A program made the position numbers and the translations under genes. A stretch of 32,168 nt of DNA from Campylobacterota bacterium (GTDB taxonomy: Bacteria > Campylobacterota > Campylobacteria > Campylobacterales > Sulfurovaceae): NCBI GenBank assembly GCA_034722955.1, contig JAYEOM010000114.1, forward strand, positions 1-32,168. Direction: 5' to 3'. The notes beneath the pieces were generated by a model. It saw only the letters and a list, made by a program, of their open reading frames with translations. It did not search any database and was not told where the DNA came from. The number at the start of each line of letters is the position of its first letter. The first letter of the stretch is position 1. Positions 27,418 to 32,168 of this stretch are shown here, piece after piece.

Positions 27418-28650
27418 CTACTCTTTGATTTTATCTGTTAACTCTTGATACTTATCTCTCATCTGAATATTTTCAAATGGGATGATCGTAGGTACCTGTA
27501 GTTTCATGACAGCCTTCATCATCTCTTGACTGCTTGCTATGATCTTGAAGAGATCACTGCTGAGAGTGACTGTCTCATAGGTATTTTTAGATAGGTCTAG
27601 ATTTTTTTGACTGACCGCTTTGGCTTCTCTGACCTGCTTGAGTTCATCGATGAGATTTTGACGATAGAGGATAGCTGTCTTGAGTGTCAGTTGCTGTGAT
27701 CTGTAGTTTTGATAATATATATTTCGTCTCTTTATATTGTCTTCATCAGAGATCTTTTGACTTGTTTTGCTCAACATCTCTTTGTTGTGCTCTATAATTT
27801 TGTCGATTTGAAGCAGATAACGATCATCGATTTTGCGTATAAATCTCTCCTGAATATAGACCACCAACTCTAGTAGAACCATATGCATACCATAGTACTT
27901 TTTTGCTTGCCTCAACTCTTCATTGGACTCTTGCATAATACCCAATAGTTGTGTGGTGATATGCTTGAGTACATCCATCACTAGTGTCATCTGGATGATA
28001 TCATCTCCATCGACACGAGCCAACAGTACATCGATCTGATCAGGTGTTAGATCTATCCCCAACTCTTTGAAGTTCTGACTCATCGATAGTTTTGTCTGGA
28101 TGATTACTGCTTTTTGTTGAGCTACAGTTTGTCTACTCTCCTCTATCTTCTGCTCATACTCTGCTTTGGTTGTTTTGATATGACTCTCTGTAGGTGCTAC
28201 TATCCTCTTCTCTCTACATGTGAGGATATTTTTTTGAGATGACACGATCAATGCTTCAGATCTTCGGATCGTTTCTCTATAGTTGAGGAGGTTGTCATCG
28301 AGCAGGAGATTGATGATATCATCTAGTACAGCATCAAACTCTTTGCGTAACGATACCTTGTCTTCACCGAAGATAGCACTGCTTGGTGCTTTTTGGATCT
28401 TTTGACTGATCGTCAATCCTCTGTCCAAATGATCTATTACATCTTCCCAGATCGTATCAAAATGCTCTTGGTGCAGTCTCTGGTTTCTCGCTGTGGTATT
28501 TTCATCTCTTTTCTCATTTGGGAGTAAACTACTGGCATGATCATCCCAAACAGCCTTGGCTTCATCTTTGAATTCCAGAAGTGTTTCACTCCAATCAGCC
28601 GAGAGCCAAAGCGTACATACCAGCGAGAGTGTAATTATCTTTTTCATCAT
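27418..28650 (-). CDS. Exported all-helical/coiled-coil hypothetical protein
   Basis: 410-aa ORF, signal peptide MKKIITLSLVCTLWLSA, heptad-rich. Confidence 0.75.
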   Translation of the reverse strand: MMKKIITLSLVCTLWLSADWSETLLEFKDEAKAVWDDHASSLLPNEKRDENTTARNQRLHQEHFDTIWEDVIDHLDRGLTISQKIQKAPSSAIFGEDKVSLRKEFDAVLDDIINLLLDDNLLNYRETIRRSEALIVSSQKNILTCREKRIVAPTESHIKTTKAEYEQKIEESRQTVAQQKAVIIQTKLSMSQNFKELGIDLTPDQIDVLLARVDGDDIIQMTLVMDVLKHITTQLLGIMQESNEELRQAKKYYGMHMVLLELVVYIQERFIRKIDDRYLLQIDKIIEHNKEMLSKTSQKISDEDNIKRRNIYYQNYRSQQLTLKTAILYRQNLIDELKQVREAKAVSQKNLDLSKNTYETVTLSSDLFKIIASSQEMMKAVMKLQVPTIIPFENIQMRDKYQELTDKIKE

Positions 28651-28673
28651 CTTTTGCTTACTATATTATATGG

Positions 28674-28814
28674 TTACTGATTCTCTTGAGTTACTTGTAC
28701 TCTCTTGGCCTTGGCAGGATCAGAAATATCCATAGCATTTTTCATCCCAAATATCATCCAAACTACCCCAACCAGAAAGATTGTCAAGATAAGTACGGGT
28801 GTAAATTTTTTCAT
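28674..28814 (-). CDS. Small single-TM hypothetical protein (46 aa)
   Basis: MKKFTPVLILTIFLVGVVWMIFGMKNAMD...; ATG 28814 has an AAAGGA RBS. Confidence 0.65.
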   Translation of the reverse strand: MKKFTPVLILTIFLVGVVWMIFGMKNAMDISDPAKAKRVQVTQENQ

Positions 28815-28951
28815 TTTTATCCTTTGTGTAACATATGTATATCTGTATTTTAACAAAAAAAATAACTTATACGATAAATTGTTACCATCCTTAGAGTTTT
28901 TAAAGTATTTTTTAAGCTTTTATCCACTATAATCCTACTCCACAAACACTA

Positions 28952-29042
28952 GGACAGTTGGGTGAGTTGGCTGAAACCACATCCCTGCTAAGGATGCGTA
29001 CTGGTAACGGTACCGAGAGTTCGAATCTCTCACTGTCCGCCA
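28952..29042 (+). tRNA. tRNA-Ser(GCT)
   Basis: Acceptor GGACAGT/ACTGTCC-GCCA, anticodon arm CATCC-CTGCTAA-GGATG, long variable arm, GTTCGAATC T-loop; TATAAT at 28928-28933. Confidence 0.97.
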
Positions 29043-29091
29043 TTTAACTCTCATAATCTACCTCAAACTACTATTTTAGGCAGGATACTCA

Positions 29092-29223
29092 ATGAAACTA
29101 CTACTGTTCCCTATACTATCGTTGGCTCACCCTCATCTATCTATAGATACAAAACTCGATTTTACCATCAAAAACAAAAAAATAGAGACTCTTTATGTCG
29201 CTTGGTATTTTGATGATTGCTAA
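29092..29223 (+). pseudogene. 5' remnant of a DUF1007-like periplasmic metal-binding protein
   Basis: MKLLLFPILSLAHPHLSIDTKLDF...LYVAWYFDDC*; signal-like start plus HPH..ID and W.FD motifs, then a stop after 43 codons. Confidence 0.6.
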
Positions 29224-29241
29224 GGTACCAAGAAGAGAAAA

Positions 29242-30351
29242 GTGAAGAAAATAATATTATTTGGAATAAGTTTAATTATATTTTATTTTATAGGGGCAAT
29301 GACTGTTTCATTTGGTCTATTTCCTTATCCTCAGATTAAAATGATGAAAGAAGGAGAGCTATTTTCTCCACCTCCAAAAGACTATAAAGAGATAAATATT
29401 ACAGCAGATATGATTTATGGGGTAAACAAAGAGTTACAGAGGTTGCCCATATCACTCAAAGACCAAACAAGAAGTATCATATGGTCTATTAGTAAGCACT
29501 CATCGGGGGGAAGGATTAAGTTCAAAACAGATGCCTCATCTATTTATATTGATGCTAATTCAAAACATGTAAAACCGTCTCGACACATGACAAATATAAT
29601 GAAGCATGGAGTTGATATCTATGTCAATAATGAATATTACGGTAGTAGTGCTCCTAGCCATGATACAAGCATAAAAGAGGTTTTCAATTTTCAAAAAGAA
29701 AAAGAGTTTAATGAAATTACAATACATCTGCCATTATATGGAGAAATAAAGATAAATAAAATAATGATACCATCCTCAACTCAAATAAAATCATCTGATG
29801 ATCTCCTTGATAAAAACCCAATTGTATATTACGGTAGCAGCATTACACAAGGTGGATGTGCTTCTAATCCAGGTCTATCATATCAAGCAATTTTATCCAG
29901 AAGACTTCATATAGATTTTATTAACTTGGGATTTGTTGGAAATGGATTAGGAGATTATGAAATAGCGGACTATATTAGTAATATCAAAAGCTCATTAATT
30001 GTTTTGGATTATTATGCCAATCCAACACCAGAGGTATATAAAAATACATTACCAACTTTTGTTGATAGAATTAGAAAAAATCAACCAACTACACCAATTT
30101 TAATTATTAGTCCTTTTTACAGTGTTAATCTATTTGAACAGCAAAATGAAAAGAGAGAAATCGCACTAAAACTTGTCAAAAAAAGAGGAGATAAAGGAGA
30201 TAAAAATATTTATTATTATGATGGCAGGAGATCACTATCAAGAGAACAATCATTTGGACTTGTTGACGGTAGGCATTTAAATTCATTAGGGTTTTGGTTT
30301 GCAGCTAATGGGCTTGAACCAAAGATAAAAGAGTTGCTTAATATAAAATAA
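29242..30351 (+). CDS. SGNH/GDSL hydrolase with N-terminal GxDLY-type domain and membrane anchor
   Basis: SSGGRIKFKTD, GVDIY, LPLY, YGSSITQG, INLGFVGNG, DGRHLN. Confidence 0.88.
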   Translation: MKKIILFGISLIIFYFIGAMTVSFGLFPYPQIKMMKEGELFSPPPKDYKEINITADMIYGVNKELQRLPISLKDQTRSIIWSISKHSSGGRIKFKTDASSIYIDANSKHVKPSRHMTNIMKHGVDIYVNNEYYGSSAPSHDTSIKEVFNFQKEKEFNEITIHLPLYGEIKINKIMIPSSTQIKSSDDLLDKNPIVYYGSSITQGGCASNPGLSYQAILSRRLHIDFINLGFVGNGLGDYEIADYISNIKSSLIVLDYYANPTPEVYKNTLPTFVDRIRKNQPTTPILIISPFYSVNLFEQQNEKREIALKLVKKRGDKGDKNIYYYDGRRSLSREQSFGLVDGRHLNSLGFWFAANGLEPKIKELLNIK

Positions 30352-30428
30352 TTTAGCCCTATATTGCAGGTATAGGGGTCTATTATTAAAACTAGCAAGA
30401 GCCAAAGCAAAACACTACGGGTCAGTCG

Positions 30429-31188
30429 CAATGGCGTTAAGTTAAGAAAAAATCATCCAAGTTCATAGCCTAAAATACTTTCGATAAAGTGAGTTGTTAA
30501 CTAAAAAAATGATAGTATTGATTGGTTACAAAATGGAGATAATAATGCTAAAAAAAAGAGTAAGATTTTACAATGTATCAGAGAGAAGATTTTATCACAA
30601 GAGTTTAAAATTAGAAGTAAGATGTCAAATAAAGACTTTACAAGAGATAGAAAATTGACTTTTTCAAAAATGATGATATTGATGAGCAGGAAAAGTGTTA
30701 AGTCAATACAGAATATTATTAAATGAAACAGAGACATATCTAAATAATATGTTAGATGAAGATTTAATAACAATAAGTAAAAGTGCTTATAGTCAAGCAA
30801 GAGAGAATAAACTATGAAGCATTCATAGAGTTATAAAATGATATAAAAGAGCAATTTTATAAAGAGTATGATTATGAAAAGTATAAAGGATTTAAACTAC
30901 TAAGTGTTGATGGAAGTATGATAATACTACCAAATAATGAAGATACTAAAAAAGAGTTTAGCACAACAAATGTAAAGAATCAATATAAAGATAAAAACAG
31001 ATAGATAGTACAAGCAAGAGCATCTTTGCTGCATGATGTACTCAATTGCCATTCGTCCCAATAGAAAATATGATAGACCCTCTGCTAGAGAAGATAAAAA
31101 TAGTAAGGGAATCAAAAGTGCTAATTATCAAAAAAGGAAGAAGAAAATGGTTTTTTAGGAGTTGGAAATGCTTAACTTAACGCCATTG
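30429..31188 (+). mobile_element. Degenerate, internally deleted IS4-family element (760 bp)
   Basis: Perfect 18-bp TIRs CAATGGCGTTAAGTTAAG / CTTAACTTAACGCCATTG; frameshifted transposase fragments DFTRDRKLTF, SKSAYSQAR, GFKLLSVDGS, QARASLLHDVLN, IRPNRKYDR. Confidence 0.9.
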
Positions 31189-31221
31189 TACCTGACCCCT
31201 ATTTTTGACCCCTATTTTTTA

Positions 31222-31498
31222 TTTCTAAAAAAGTTGCAACTAAAATTAAAGATTTTAGTTCTTTTGGCTTAGAAAGTGCAACTTGATAAGCAATTGGCCC
31301 TGAGAATGATTCTGCAAGTAAAACAAAATCTTCTTTAGGAAGGTTTTGTTTTACATCTTCAATAAGCTCATTGTATGACTGTTTTTTATTTAAGGGGTAA
31401 GTTATGACTTATATATCTATTGAACTTGGAAGAACTTCAACTAATGGTGCAAATAGTTTTCCTGTTCCATCAAGACCAGGAAGCAATACAAGTTTCAT
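31222..31498 (-). pseudogene. Alpha/beta-hydrolase gene cassette with a premature stop and 3' truncation
   Basis: MKLVLLPGLDGTGKLF...DI*VITYP...VLLAESFSGPIA...LILVATFLE; TAA at codon 30 (31409-31411); similarity appears to end near the IS. Confidence 0.8.
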
Positions 31499-31520
31499 TT
31501 TTAAGGTTTACCTTTTAGTC

Positions 31521-31590
31521 TTATAACATTTGTCGTGAGCAATAATTTTCCCGCTAGGGTAAATTATTGGTCTCCTCGTACTTGTTAGAG
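31521..31590 (-). other. Integron attC site (70 bp)
   Basis: Minus strand CTCTAAC-AAGTACGAGGAGACCAATAATTTACCC-TAGC-GGGAAAATTATTGCTCACGACAAAT-GTTATAA: TAAC...GTTA cores around an imperfect hairpin. Confidence 0.85.
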
Positions 31591-31988
31591 TTTTTGTAAT
31601 CTGGTGAACTAGATAACTTTGCATAACCACTGTCGTAAAGTATTATAGATACATTATTAGAAAAATATTTACAGTTAAATTTAATCCCATTGTCTATATA
31701 TTCCATAGATTCACAAGCTTCTTTTGTGTCTTTTATATCGCCAATAGTATATTTGAATGTCATTTTAACCCAATTTGTATCTATGTCATGTTGTTCTTGA
31801 ATATCAATGGCTGATTTTGGTATATAAGTTGGAATCCAGCCTCTATCCATTATTCCTGAAGTTTTAGCCTCAACATAATTAGAAAATTCTGATTTTGGCT
31901 CTTCTAAGTAATCTAAATATAGTATAAAAAAAGCAAAGCCAAAAATAGGTATTAAAATTATTATAAGTATATTTTTTAGTGTTTGCAT
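31554..31988 (-). CDS. Cassette-borne hypothetical protein with an N-terminal TM segment
   Basis: 144-aa ORF between two attC sites; RGWIPTYIPKSAIDIQEQHDIDTN motif. Confidence 0.8.
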   Translation of the reverse strand: MQTLKNILIIILIPIFGFAFFILYLDYLEEPKSEFSNYVEAKTSGIMDRGWIPTYIPKSAIDIQEQHDIDTNWVKMTFKYTIGDIKDTKEACESMEYIDNGIKFNCKYFSNNVSIILYDSGYAKLSSSPDYKNSNKYEETNNLP

Positions 31989-31993
31989 TGTAC

Positions 31994-32061
31994 CTATAAC
32001 GGTTGAATAGAGCGAATAAGTCGCCGCTAGGCTACTTATTTGCTCCTATGTTTTGTTATAC
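31994..32061 (-). other. Integron attC site (68 bp)
   Basis: Minus strand GTATAAC-AAAACATAGGAGCAAATAAGTAGCC-TAGC-GGCGACTTATTCGCTCTATTCAACC-GTTATAG, next ATG 5 nt later. Confidence 0.85.
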
Positions 32062-32168
32062 TTTGTTGATGATTTTCAAGAAGTCTTTTGCCATGTACAA
32101 TAGCTACAAGCAAAATTTTTTCATTGCTTAGTTTGTAGATAAGTCTGTAACTATAAACAAATATTTCA
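32036..32168 (-). CDS. RelE/ParE-family toxin, C-terminal part (5' end outside the window)
   Basis: ...EIFVYSYRLIYKLSNEKILLVAIVHGKRLLENH...*; YRLIY and IVHGKR are typical of RelE/ParE C-termini. Confidence 0.75.
   Translation of the reverse strand, partial: EIFVYSYRLIYKLSNEKILLVAIVHGKRLLENHQQSITKHRSK

Noticed and set aside
29242..30428. SGNH hydrolase as an integron cassette
   Set aside because: Opposite orientation to the array and no TAAC...GTT attC hairpin found after it.

Overview
AT-rich chromosomal window, most likely from a Campylobacterota bacterium of the Sulfurovum/Sulfurimonas type (inferred from gene content, the NGTGRIG-type GAPDH and TATAAT-dominated promoters). The housekeeping backbone is gap, pgm, sppA, htpX, greA, argC, an lpxH-like gene, a MotA/MotB-like pair and tRNA-Ser(GCT). 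Accessory modules: (1) a ligase/peptidase cluster with two translationally coupled RimK-like ATP-grasp ligases, a large cytosolic M14 carboxypeptidase and a divergent M20 peptidase, a candidate reversible peptide-tagging or peptide-metabolite system; (2) an AAA+PD-(D/E)XK gene; (3) a Fur-box-led ABC transporter + NnrS cassette lying between the 3' remnants of two divergent cytochrome genes; (4) a 74-bp MITE-like hairpin in the greA leader with a partial second copy near pgm; (5) a TetR gene preceded by four palindromic operators at 42-43 bp spacing; (6) downstream of tRNA-Ser, a variable region with an SGNH hydrolase, an internally deleted IS4 element and the distal end of an integron cassette array (two attC sites; RelE/ParE toxin, hypothetical and alpha/beta-hydrolase cassettes) with no integrase in the window. 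All family calls are by eye from motifs; no searches were run.
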